Shown here piece after piece: positions 18,983 to 29,700 of a stretch of DNA of 47,281 bases. The stretch comes from an uncultured virus (IMG/VR IMGVR_UViG_2061766007_000513) (lineage: Duplodnaviria > Heunggongvirae > Uroviricota > Caudoviricetes). Position numbers and translations under genes: made by a program. The stretch is taken from IMG/VR virus record IMGVR_UViG_2061766007_000513. One strand, given 5' to 3'. Positions within the stretch are counted from its first letter, which is position 1. Every line of letters starts with the position of its first letter. Below the pieces are notes generated by a model. It did not search any database. It was not told the DNA's origin and saw only the letters and a program-made list of their open reading frames with translations.

Positions 18983-20701
18983 TCACACTTCGCTCCAGCA
19001 TACACCATTAACATAAATGCTAACATTTTTACATCTTACTCTTATAGCATCTAATACTTCTTCAAGAGTGCCAGTTGCAGTATATGGATATCCATTAACT
19101 TCATTAGTCATACCTTGAATAACATATTGATATCTACTATTATATCTGCATCTACCAACCGTATAGTAACCATAAGTACTAAACGAATCGTAATACTCAC
19201 CTTCAAATGGATGAGTAGGATTTAATATAGCACTATAAGTTACATAATCAGTAGAGACAATATCTATTCTTGATTTTTCAGTCTGGAATACATAAGCATC
19301 GCCATTAGATTTAATATTGAAATCCCCAGTACTACCATTATCGGATCTCCATTGGCTATAATCGCTGAATGGATATTTAGTATATCCAGATCCACTATTA
19401 CGTTCTAAGTCTTTCCATGTAAATCCAGTTCCATTAATCTGATTAATGTACCATTCATAATCTGCAGGATTAGGTTTATTTGTTATAAAGTAATATGTCG
19501 TTGAATCGTTTTCAAGTAATGTTTTTAATGTTGCAGCGTTTGTTGTTGTCCAGTTTGTTGGATACGATATAAAGAATATTGAGCCTTTCTTAGTAATATC
19601 ATTTTTGCCAACATATACTCTACCTTGACGAGCACTTCGTGCAGATGCTAACCATTCCAGACGTTCATCAAATAATACAGTTCCTTTATAATATGCTTTC
19701 ATGTATATGTAAGCTTGACCAGACTGATTTTGATAGTATACATATATACCTCTTTGATTATTACCAAATATCCAAAATGCTCTACTTGATGAACTAGTAG
19801 GAATTATATTATTGTATAAATCTTTTGTACCGTCACTTAAATCATAGCCCAATCTTTCCATATCCTCATTTGACATACCAGAAGATATAGCTTCCTGGTT
19901 CTCATATTTATAAGGTTTTGTAGATAAAGCGGATACCATAGGAGAAGGTAATTCGGCGTTAACCCAATCCGTAATAACCGGTCCTACAATATAAGGAAAT
20001 GGTTCAGATTCAGATATATTAGTGAATATTGTGAAATAGTATTTTTGACCTTCTATAAGGTTTTCGATATTTATAGAAGACTGACTAGCAGAAATATCTT
20101 GAACATACCCATCATTCATATCTACAGGAGGAGTATCTTTCTTAAAAGTTAATTTAGAATACTCGTAATCATTCTCTTGAAGATAGTAATTAACTTTACA
20201 AGTAGCATCGCCTTGTGGTTCAGGAGGAATAACTTTAGTAATTGCTTCATATAATGAACCATCCTTACTATATGCAATTCCTCTTTGAACATATGCATTA
20301 TTTTGATATTCGTGATTAATAATCCAAGCTTCTTCTGTTTCATCATCTATTATAAATGAATAATATACTTGTGTACCAGACCCATTATATTGGATTAAAT
20401 CACCGCTATAGTAATCTGTTTTGTCATCATTACTCCATCCAATACCATGATATGATCCGGATATATATCTAAAAAATCTTGCAAATTTAAAGTCTGTATT
20501 ATAACAAGTTGATGATGAAGTATCGGATTTAATGGGTGCAAAATCAGTATTATGTGTACAATTCCATTCTTCATAATAAGGTGCCTGATAAGTAAAATAA
20601 CCACTAACCGAAAAATATGGAATTACACTTAAATCGTTAATTATCATTAAATTATAATCAGTGTTATCTATTTTAACACTAGTTATTGATGTTTTTGCCA
20701 A
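18983..20701 (-). CDS. Receptor-binding-like paralog 2
   Basis: AAAGGAG RBS before TTG 20701; DATCKVNYYL FnIII-like block; ends NVSIYVNGVCWSEV. Confidence 0.7.
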   Translation of the reverse strand: MAKTSITSVKIDNTDYNLMIINDLSVIPYFSVSGYFTYQAPYYEEWNCTHNTDFAPIKSDTSSSTCYNTDFKFARFFRYISGSYHGIGWSNDDKTDYYSGDLIQYNGSGTQVYYSFIIDDETEEAWIINHEYQNNAYVQRGIAYSKDGSLYEAITKVIPPEPQGDATCKVNYYLQENDYEYSKLTFKKDTPPVDMNDGYVQDISASQSSINIENLIEGQKYYFTIFTNISESEPFPYIVGPVITDWVNAELPSPMVSALSTKPYKYENQEAISSGMSNEDMERLGYDLSDGTKDLYNNIIPTSSSSRAFWIFGNNQRGIYVYYQNQSGQAYIYMKAYYKGTVLFDERLEWLASARSARQGRVYVGKNDITKKGSIFFISYPTNWTTTNAATLKTLLENDSTTYYFITNKPNPADYEWYINQINGTGFTWKDLERNSGSGYTKYPFSDYSQWRSDNGSTGDFNIKSNGDAYVFQTEKSRIDIVSTDYVTYSAILNPTHPFEGEYYDSFSTYGYYTVGRCRYNSRYQYVIQGMTNEVNGYPYTATGTLEEVLDAIRVRCKNVSIYVNGVCWSEV

Positions 20702-20771
20702 TTTTTCGTCTCCTTTTAAGATTGAATACAATGAAAACTTGTACGTTAGTAGTACAAATATCTTCGTAAAT

Positions 20772-20887
20772 CTCCAGTGGTAACGGCATAGGAGAAATTT
20801 ATACAGTTACCACTAGAGTCTTACCTAATAAACAGAAGCAGGGCCCGAAGTAATATGAAGAAATTCTTTATATACCTCAGACCCTAC
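20772..20887 (-). promoter_or_regulatory. Two long tandem RNA hairpins in an intergenic region
   Basis: Stems at 20838-20887 and 20772-20818; most non-Watson-Crick positions are G-U pairs on the minus strand. Confidence 0.55.
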
Positions 20888-20893
20888 GGCTGG

Positions 20894-22711
20894 NNNNNNN
20901 NNNCTCCAAAGAACTCCATCTACGTAAATATCTATGTTACGTACATACCTTTGAAGTTGTTCAAATACTTCTGTTAATGTTCCTGAAAATGTTCTAGTTG
21001 CCCATGAACCAGCTAAATAAAACGGATTACAATTCGGACCGTATGCTAAANNNNNNNNNNNNNNNNNNNNNNNNNNNNNNNNNNNNNNNNNNNNNCATCC
21101 TCTTGGTAATGTGTCTTTTGTATAAACACCGCCCATAGTTACGTTCTTTTCATAAACGAACATTCTATCGGGACTCGTTACACTATCATTATTCTTGGTA
21201 ATGGTACAAGAGTATACATTATTATTAGAATTTATCTCGACTTTATCTATTTTTGAGCTAACAAATAGAGCAGTTGTTTGTCCTTCANNNNNNNNNNNNN
21301 NAGTTCCTTGATGACTATAAGTATACCATGTAACTTTATTCATTGGATAGTACTTATACATATCTGCAGTAAATGTACTTCTATCAGAATTTGTAATAGT
21401 TGCAGTATCTTGTTCTAGTTCTCTAATCCAATCAAATCCTGTACCATTAATATTATCAATGTAAGTCTTATATTCAGGAGGAACTGGATCAACNNNNNNN
21501 NNNNNNNNNNNNNNNNNNNNNNNNGTAAATATCTTGAAATAATATGTCTTTTCTTCTTCTAAACCTTCTATATTAACTGAAGTTTCATCTTTAAGTATTT
21601 CTACAGATTCACCATCGGTTTCACTAGCAGGTTCAGAGTCTTGTTTATATGTAATTTTAGCATAAGTATAGTCATAATCTGGTAAATAGTAATTTACTTT
21701 TATAGTTGCACCAGGTTCGGCTGCTTTTAACCAATTATATAATTTACTTTCAGACTGATTTGGATTAATGCCAGATAAACTTCTGCCAACAGCGGCAGCA
21801 TAGTTACTATAACTTATATCACCAACTACAAAAGCTCCTCGTTGTTCTGTTTCATTAATCGCAACTGCAAACTTATATCCACCTTGGTATCTTCCATTAC
21901 CGCCAGTAGAATATACAAGTTGTAAATCTTCACCATCTTTTTTAAATTTAAAACTATATCCATGATCTGGCGACCATTGACCTGGACTACTCTGACAAAC
22001 TGTAATATAATATTGGCCTTTTCTATATACTTCAGTTTCTTCTTCTGGAATTTGATTACTATTAATCATTTCCCCAGTAAGATACAAATTTATAAAATCT
22101 AATTCAACTTGATCTTGTTTTCGTATCATCCAGCCATTTTCACAAACTGCCTCATCAATGATAGTTCCTTCTGATAATAATACAGAATTGCCAAAGAATA
22201 TTTGTCTCCATTTTGAAGGACCTGGTTCTGGAATAGGAACTAATTCATTATCAATATATATAGTAGTAACACTTTCATCAATATAAAAAGCTTGTTGATC
22301 CCCATAACCACTAATGTTACCACCATTTTTACCATATTGTATGCCACTGACAGTTTGAGATAAAAAATTAGTTGCAACACTAAGAGCACTTATAGCACTA
22401 CCAGTGGATCCATGTAATACATTACTTATTGACTGTATATACCGATTATCATAAATTCCAATACCAATATAATATTCACTACCACCTAAAAAAGTTGTAG
22501 TTGCTAAATATATTGTATCAGTTGACACATTAAAATAACGTATGGCGAGTCCTTCTCTTGAATTTCCACAATCATATAATACAAATGAATTTCCATATCC
22601 TTGGCTTCTCCCATATCCTAATATATTACCAACAGATACATTAACTGGTCCACCCGATGATGTCTTCTTAATAGGAACTACATCAGTCTTTTGTAATAGA
22701 AAATTAGACAT
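20894..22711 (-). CDS. Receptor-binding-like paralog 1 (stop probably in the gap)
   Basis: AAAGGAG RBS; ATIKVNYYLPDYDY block; NIDIYVDGVLW just before the gap. Confidence 0.7.
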
Positions 22712-22726
22712 TAAAATCACACTCCT

Positions 22727-25700
22727 TTAACTTATACGCTCGATAGAGAGTATTTCAGGAGCATCAATTGTTGTACCAGTACTTACACGGATGGTTTTTG
22801 TAAATCGATAGTACTTGATAGCATGACCATCTTCAGTATAAGCAGTGTAATAAGGGAAGAAACCATAGTAATATGTTCTATTAAGTTGAATAGTATCGTC
22901 AATAAAAGCCGTATTCTTATAAGCATCTTTAGTAGTAGAATCAACAATCAATTCACCATCCCAGCGATGTAAAGGAGCGCTATTACGTTTTCTGATAATA
23001 ACAGTACCTTCCCATGCGCAAGGCTTAGGTTCCCAAGAATTAATATTGTTAGGATCAGACCACTTCAGTTCTACATGAGGTTTAGTCTTGACAGTGACTT
23101 GTCCTTCTCTAGGATAACTGTCGGATGTCCAGAAACCGGGGTATTGATAACGCCATGCATTACTATATGAAATACCACCATCAAATTCTAAAAGAACATC
23201 TCCGTATTTAGGAGTAACTGTTAAACTTGTTTCTGAACCACTATCATTACCATATTTATAAAATTCGGTAGTTTGAATTTGACTTTTATTAAATCCAGCA
23301 TGATTATTATTTGGATTTTTTATAATTGTCAAAGAATTACACTCTGATCCTTCTACAATAGTTCCATTTTCAAGTTCTTGAACTGTAGCAAAGTTACTTC
23401 TTTTATGATAATATTCGTTTTTACCACCACTAGAATTATCTCCAACATATACCCATTTTGAACCATCATACAGGTACAATGGACTCGAGATATCTGTTGC
23501 ATATTCAACTCCGTCACCATCACGAACAAAACTAAAGTAATCACCGGCAGATACATTAAATGATTGTATTTCTTGACCATCGTTCCATACATTAATAGGA
23601 TTAGTAGTATCTCCAGTATGAATATCACTTTCGCCTTGATAAGGATAATCATAATAACTTGAACTATTAATTACTCTAACAGTTACTTCTTTACTTGATG
23701 ATGTAGTTACAAATCTTGCCACAACAGAAGTGGGTTCATTAAGTAACCTAAAACCGATATTCCTTATGATTTCAGCAAAGTCATCTTTAGTAAGCCCGGT
23801 AAATGTAGTACCACCAGCAGTACTAGAAGTACTATTATTGGAACTGTTATTACCATAATAACCTAATGTTTGCGCAGCATAAGTAGTTCCAGTTTTATAA
23901 TTACTGAAAGTTACATTAGCAGTTGCTCCTTTAGCAACATAAGTGTCCATCATTTTCTGAATGCCAGATATCTTACGTGAAAGAATATATGTTGGGAAAT
24001 CAAATATTTCACCAGTAACTTTATCTTCAAAATGTATTTGTATACGGTCACCGACTTCTCTTACCGGGTCTGCAAAAGTAGTTAATTCAAAAGGTGTATA
24101 TGTTCTATATTTAATAGTAGCATAACCTTGATGAAGTAAACCGTTCTTTTGATTCTTTGTTACTGGTTCTAGTACTTCTTCACCATACATTAATAAATTT
24201 ATAAGCTTAGCATATATCTCTTTAAGATGAGCTTTAGTAGGTTCTGGTTCAGGTGGTTTCTTAGCTAATTTAATATCATCTTCTTTTTTGGCCAAATAAT
24301 CAATAAACATATTGTTATTTGTTTGCATTTTCTTTAAAGAACTTGGACTTAGTTCTTTCATTTTATTTTGTTCTTTTGTTAAATTAGCATAACTAATTGT
24401 TGGTTCACTAGGGTCATCATCAAACCTAGTAACTAACTCCCAAATATGAACAGTTCCGACAGCATATTCATCATGTTTAAATCCTTTGACAATATCATTA
24501 TTATCAAAATAATTACTTGAAGCTATTTTAGTATCATCTTTAGGTAAAGGTTTAAATGTTAAAACACATTTTTCATATAAATTATAAGGATAATAACTAC
24601 TATCTGGATCTGGATCATCTGGATTATATGCGTGTAATGCATGATAGTCATCATCTTCTATATAATCAAGTCTAATGTAAGGATATCTACCTGCTAAAGC
24701 ACCAATATCTTCCAAGAATTTACCAGCAGATAAAGCTTCAGCATCCATGATCTTAGGATCTTCATAAACCGGAAGATTCATGATATCCATATATCCATAA
24801 CATTCACGAGCATTTGGATCTGGTGATTCAGGTATACTATATTTTTTAGTTGAATCAAACAAATCTGGATCAAGAACTATAGGCATTGCTAATCCGGTAT
24901 ATGGTTCATTATCATTTACTGGATATATATCGATTTGCTTTTCTTTTTTAGTATGATCTGCTGTATTATCTTCAGTACCTTTTTCTCTATTTGTTACCGT
25001 TTTTTGTCCAGGGTATCTTCTTAAAAGAAATTTAAAAAGATGCTTAAGCATATCGCCTATTGTCCATCTTTCTTGTGGTCCTTTTACAAATCCATCTTCT
25101 TTAAAAATAGGTTCTTCTTTATAATCTTCTGGAACTTTTATATTTCTATTTGTAAAATAGTCTTTAAAGTCATTATCATTATATTTTACACCTCTAAACA
25201 AATGTTTATACCAGTTATGTATATCCATATCTCTTATTTGATATAGAAAATCAAATGCTGTTATATCTCTAGTATAACCATCAGAAGAGACTTTATCTTC
25301 TTCAACAATAAACATACCCAAATATATTAATGAAGAAGAATCACCATTAAAATACATATATACTTTAATGATATAATGTGTATCAACTTCACCTACTATT
25401 GTTGTTCCATTTTCATCTGTAATAACATAGTTTTGAAGATTAGGTATATCTAATTCCCATTTACCAGTTTCTTCATTATATGTTTTATTATTTCGTATCG
25501 TAAATTTAACCATTGCAGACTCACATCCACAGAAAGCTAAATCTTCATTTGTATCTAAAGAGTTTGTATACTCAAATTTTTCTTTGTAAATATCATCATT
25601 TGTTATAACGAATTCAACCGGACGAAATACTTCATTTCCATGTTCATCAATAATAGGAGTATCAGTTTCCGGATCTAACTTAGGAACCTTATTTGTTATA

Positions 25701-25816
25701 GTAGGAGCTCCACCCGGATTCTTTATAACATTTGTACCATGTGGAACTATAAGGATGTCCCTATGTTCACATGTTTCAAATTTATCTCTCCAAGAGTCAT
25801 CATAGTTCCAAATCAT
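22727..25816 (-). CDS. Large minor tail / tail-tip protein
   Basis: 1029 aa, second gene after the tape measure; C-terminal FnIII-like region. Confidence 0.65.
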   Translation of the reverse strand: MIWNYDDSWRDKFETCEHRDILIVPHGTNVIKNPGGAPTITNKVPKLDPETDTPIIDEHGNEVFRPVEFVITNDDIYKEKFEYTNSLDTNEDLAFCGCESAMVKFTIRNNKTYNEETGKWELDIPNLQNYVITDENGTTIVGEVDTHYIIKVYMYFNGDSSSLIYLGMFIVEEDKVSSDGYTRDITAFDFLYQIRDMDIHNWYKHLFRGVKYNDNDFKDYFTNRNIKVPEDYKEEPIFKEDGFVKGPQERWTIGDMLKHLFKFLLRRYPGQKTVTNREKGTEDNTADHTKKEKQIDIYPVNDNEPYTGLAMPIVLDPDLFDSTKKYSIPESPDPNARECYGYMDIMNLPVYEDPKIMDAEALSAGKFLEDIGALAGRYPYIRLDYIEDDDYHALHAYNPDDPDPDSSYYPYNLYEKCVLTFKPLPKDDTKIASSNYFDNNDIVKGFKHDEYAVGTVHIWELVTRFDDDPSEPTISYANLTKEQNKMKELSPSSLKKMQTNNNMFIDYLAKKEDDIKLAKKPPEPEPTKAHLKEIYAKLINLLMYGEEVLEPVTKNQKNGLLHQGYATIKYRTYTPFELTTFADPVREVGDRIQIHFEDKVTGEIFDFPTYILSRKISGIQKMMDTYVAKGATANVTFSNYKTGTTYAAQTLGYYGNNSSNNSTSSTAGGTTFTGLTKDDFAEIIRNIGFRLLNEPTSVVARFVTTSSSKEVTVRVINSSSYYDYPYQGESDIHTGDTTNPINVWNDGQEIQSFNVSAGDYFSFVRDGDGVEYATDISSPLYLYDGSKWVYVGDNSSGGKNEYYHKRSNFATVQELENGTIVEGSECNSLTIIKNPNNNHAGFNKSQIQTTEFYKYGNDSGSETSLTVTPKYGDVLLEFDGGISYSNAWRYQYPGFWTSDSYPREGQVTVKTKPHVELKWSDPNNINSWEPKPCAWEGTVIIRKRNSAPLHRWDGELIVDSTTKDAYKNTAFIDDTIQLNRTYYYGFFPYYTAYTEDGHAIKYYRFTKTIRVSTGTTIDAPEILSIERIS

Positions 25817-25840
25817 ACACTTTCTTTCCTTTCTTAAACA

Positions 25841-25876
25841 ATAATAAGGGTCCCTGAGATTTTCCCAAGGACCCTA
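25841..25876 (-). terminator. Rho-independent terminator
   Basis: AGGGTCCTTG/CAGGGACCCT stem followed by TATTATTGTTT. Confidence 0.65.
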
Positions 25877-25880
25877 AATG

Positions 25881-26756
25881 TTAAGCTTCTGTTATACTTA
25901 AGCTTAAAGCTTGGTATTTATCATAATGGCCAAATACCGGAGCCACCCACGGGTTACTATCTAATTTTACAAAGAATAAACCCGTTGCAAATGTACATCT
26001 CATATTATCTACAATATCATTTTCACTAGAATACAAATCAAGATCATCATTAATTTGTACCTGTAATTCAACATAAGCACTTCCATGCCCATTATTTTCT
26101 TTACTCTTTTTTAATAAATATAAAAATTCATTATATTTAGCTAAATCGGAAAAACGTAAATCTAATTTACCTACGATTTTAGATCTTACTCTAATCCTGT
26201 GAGTAAAATAGTTTGCATCTTCCCAATCTTCATTAACATCTTCGTAATTTACATCATATGAAGGTAACTCGATACAATCAGTATAATCTACAAACATTTT
26301 GTCCCATACTTCATATTCGACGTTATCATCTCCAATTTCAGTATGTTTATTATAATACCTACATATACAAAATAATGGTTGTCGTATTCCGGCTTGTCTA
26401 AATGTAATAGGTACCATATTACTTTTATATGAAGCATATTTGCTTTCATAATTTCCATCATCTGATGTTATTTTCATTCTTAACTGAATATAAATTGTAT
26501 TAGAATATGTTGGATTATTAAACTTATATGTACAATATACTCCAACACCAGATACAGGTTTTACTTCAAGACATTGACTAATAGTTATTGATAAATAATT
26601 ATTATCTTTTGTAGGACTACCAGTTGTACTGTAATACAGTCTAATACCATCAGAATCACTAGTTCTATATCCAGCCTTTATTTTAAATAAAAATTTTATT
26701 GTGCAATAACTTACTGCAGGAGTTATATCTTTTATTTCAATACTTGCTTTTGCCAT
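25881..26756 (-). CDS. Putative distal tail / minor tail protein
   Basis: Immediately downstream of the tape measure; AGGAGGAG RBS. Confidence 0.55.
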   Translation of the reverse strand: MAKASIEIKDITPAVSYCTIKFLFKIKAGYRTSDSDGIRLYYSTTGSPTKDNNYLSITISQCLEVKPVSGVGVYCTYKFNNPTYSNTIYIQLRMKITSDDGNYESKYASYKSNMVPITFRQAGIRQPLFCICRYYNKHTEIGDDNVEYEVWDKMFVDYTDCIELPSYDVNYEDVNEDWEDANYFTHRIRVRSKIVGKLDLRFSDLAKYNEFLYLLKKSKENNGHGSAYVELQVQINDDLDLYSSENDIVDNMRCTFATGLFFVKLDSNPWVAPVFGHYDKYQALSLSITEA

Positions 26757-26770
26757 ATATTACTCCTCCT

Positions 26771-29700
26771 TTAATAAGCTAAATTATTTCTGCCCGTACG
26801 TTTCCATTCAGTACGGTTCGTATCAACAACAAGGTTATAAATGTTAGTAGGATCCGGTTCAGCAGTAACATTAATATTAACACCTGCGCCAGATTCTATC
26901 ATTGTCATAAACGAATTAACAACACCGGTTAAGGTATCGATTCGTCCTTGTAATGAAGTAAGATTATTGGTATAATCAGTAGACTCAATACCAAATGAAC
27001 CAACTGAAGCATCAACTCTAGGTTGCATAGAATCAAGAGCTGAATTAATAGTGTCTACCCCATTTTGAAGTTGAGCGCCATCAAATATGGGAGTAACAGT
27101 AGGAGTAATGTCATTGTCTAACATGTACTGCATACCATTAAGACCCGCTATGGTTTCGTCGGTTATGAGGTCTGTAGCATCATCAATGGAATCTAAAGCA
27201 GCTTTAGTATTTTCGTCAATACCAATAGAAAGACCTTCCATTAAATAACCTCCCATTCGTTCAGTTAATTTGGAAGGAGAATTCATTTCAAAATTTTTCA
27301 TGTATCGACTTGTAACTCCAGAACAAGTTCCATCTACAACTTCGAATACTCCATTTTCGTATNNNNNNNNNNNNNNNNNNNNNNNNNNNCAAATAATAAC
27401 CATTTCCAAATATCAATTCCATTTTGTACCATAGTGTCTTTATATTTATATATTTCAGAACTAATCATTGTAATGGTAGAATCTATTCCATATTTAGTAT
27501 TTATTTGCTTTCTTGCCTGTTCAGATTCAGATAATGCTGAAATNNNNNNNNNNNNNNNNNNNNNNNNNNNNNNNNNNNNNNNNNNNNNNNNNNNNNNNNN
27601 NNNNNNNNNNNNNNNNNNNNNNNNNNNNNNNAATGTTAATACACCATTATCATTAGAATATATTAAATCTTTATTCCTAGATAAATATCCAGCGAAATTA
27701 TTACTAAAGGTTTCAATAAAATATTTATTTTCTTTTGCCAAAGCAGTATCAACAAATTCTTCCCAATCTTTACTTTCAAATATGTTGCTTGCTTTATCAG
27801 TCTGTAACATACGTACATTTTTTACGCCATGTGTATCAAGAGCATGTAACATGTAATCAGCACTAGTTGATAACTTTTCAGCATCAGTAGTATAAAAACC
27901 AATAGCAGCACTATTATTTTTAATAAGTTTTTCATATTTTTCTATTTCGCTATTAACATAATTTAATTGTCTAGATTTATATCCAGCACTTTCTGCGTTA
28001 TTAGGTTGCATAGCTTCAAGTTTTTCTTTTTCTTCATATAATTGTTTTAATTTTTCATAATAATTAAATGTTGTAACAGATGCATCATTTAAATCTTTTG
28101 TTACTTTTCCAGCATCAGGCCATATTGCATAATATGTTTCATCATCGATGAGATTCATCTTCCACATTCCAGTTCCAATTAATTTAGAAACAGGATTACG
28201 TAAAAAGAATTCAGCCATCTTTTCGGTTAAACCGCCACCAAGAGCTGTTCCTATTTGTTGACCAACACTAGACCAATTATAACCAGCAATACCGGATGAA
28301 AATTTTTCAGTAACTTTATCAACAGCTGTATCAAGTGTTGATGTAACTTTTGAATTTTCAGAAGTACCACTAATAATACCGCTAACAGTTTCAACAATAT
28401 TATCAAATTCTGGACCACCTTCGCCAAATAATCCGCTAATTTTTTCACTAACCCATCCACCAAATGAATCAAATGCTATAGAAATTTTTGGATTATCTTT
28501 TATGCCATCAATAAAATTACCAAATATATCCCAAAGACCACCAGAAGTAATTTTTGATGATTTTTTAGTATATGACTTAGCAATAAATTTATCTAAATTT
28601 TCTTTAGCTTTTATAACATTATTTGATAGCTGTTCTTCCTTTGAATAATACATATTATCGGACCACATGCCACCTTCTTTTATTCGGCCTTGTTCCAATA
28701 ATTCTTCATATTCGTTTTCAGCTTTTCTATATTCACCTATTAACCTAGAATACTCTTTCGCATATTCCGGATTATGTTTCATAAATTCATCATCTTCAAG
28801 TAATGATTTTGCAGGTACTTCTTCTTCCGCACCACCAAATATACTATCAATAAATGATTTACCCAAATCAGTACCAGCTTTTTCAATATATTTATCCATA
28901 TCTTCATTCATAAATATATCTTTATAAGCATCGGTAATACCTTTTTGAGCTTCTTCAGCAAATCCTTCACCAATAGCAGAACCTATATCTTTATTTTTCT
29001 GATATTCAGATTGAGCACCATTGATAAATCCTCTGATTACAAATTTACCATTCTCATAGAATACTTTAGAAGGTGAAGCAATTCCAAGTTCTTTCTGGAA
29101 TGATTCATTGGTTGCAACAGCAAGAGCTTTTGACGCAGATTTTACAAGTTTAGTATCTTTCTTAATTCCAAGTTCAAGACCTTTATCTATGTAGTAGCCA
29201 TTCTTTTTAAATGCTTTCGAAGGAGAATTTTCATCAACCTCTTTAGAATCTCTAAAACCTTGACCAAAACTATCTCCGGAATTCATACCGGCTTTATAAA
29301 ATTTCTTTTCGTTCTTTTCAATTCCTTTTACAGCATCATCTGATATTTTCTCAGTATCGGAAGCAAATCCTCCTTTACTTAAGAAAGTACTGCCCGGATC
29401 AAACATTTCTTTAATAACAGATAAAGCAACACCAAGAAGTATCAAGGACGTTGCAATTGCCGCTATAACAGCTGCTAGCTTTAATCCAGTACCTAAGAAT
29501 TTGTCAGCTATCGGCGTTAACACTTTAAGAGCTAATACAAATGACCAGAATAATAGTAATATTGGACCAAATACTGCAACAGCATTCATCATATTATTAG
29601 CTCCATCCTGACCAGATAATGATCCAATAATAATAGCAAATAATCCAGCAAGTGCTGCTATAGTAACTCCTATAGTGATTATAAGACCTTGAATTTTAGC

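Noticed and set aside
27270..29230. Recurrent SPSK motifs in the tape measure
   Set aside because: Common feature of tape measure C-terminal regions; not novel.
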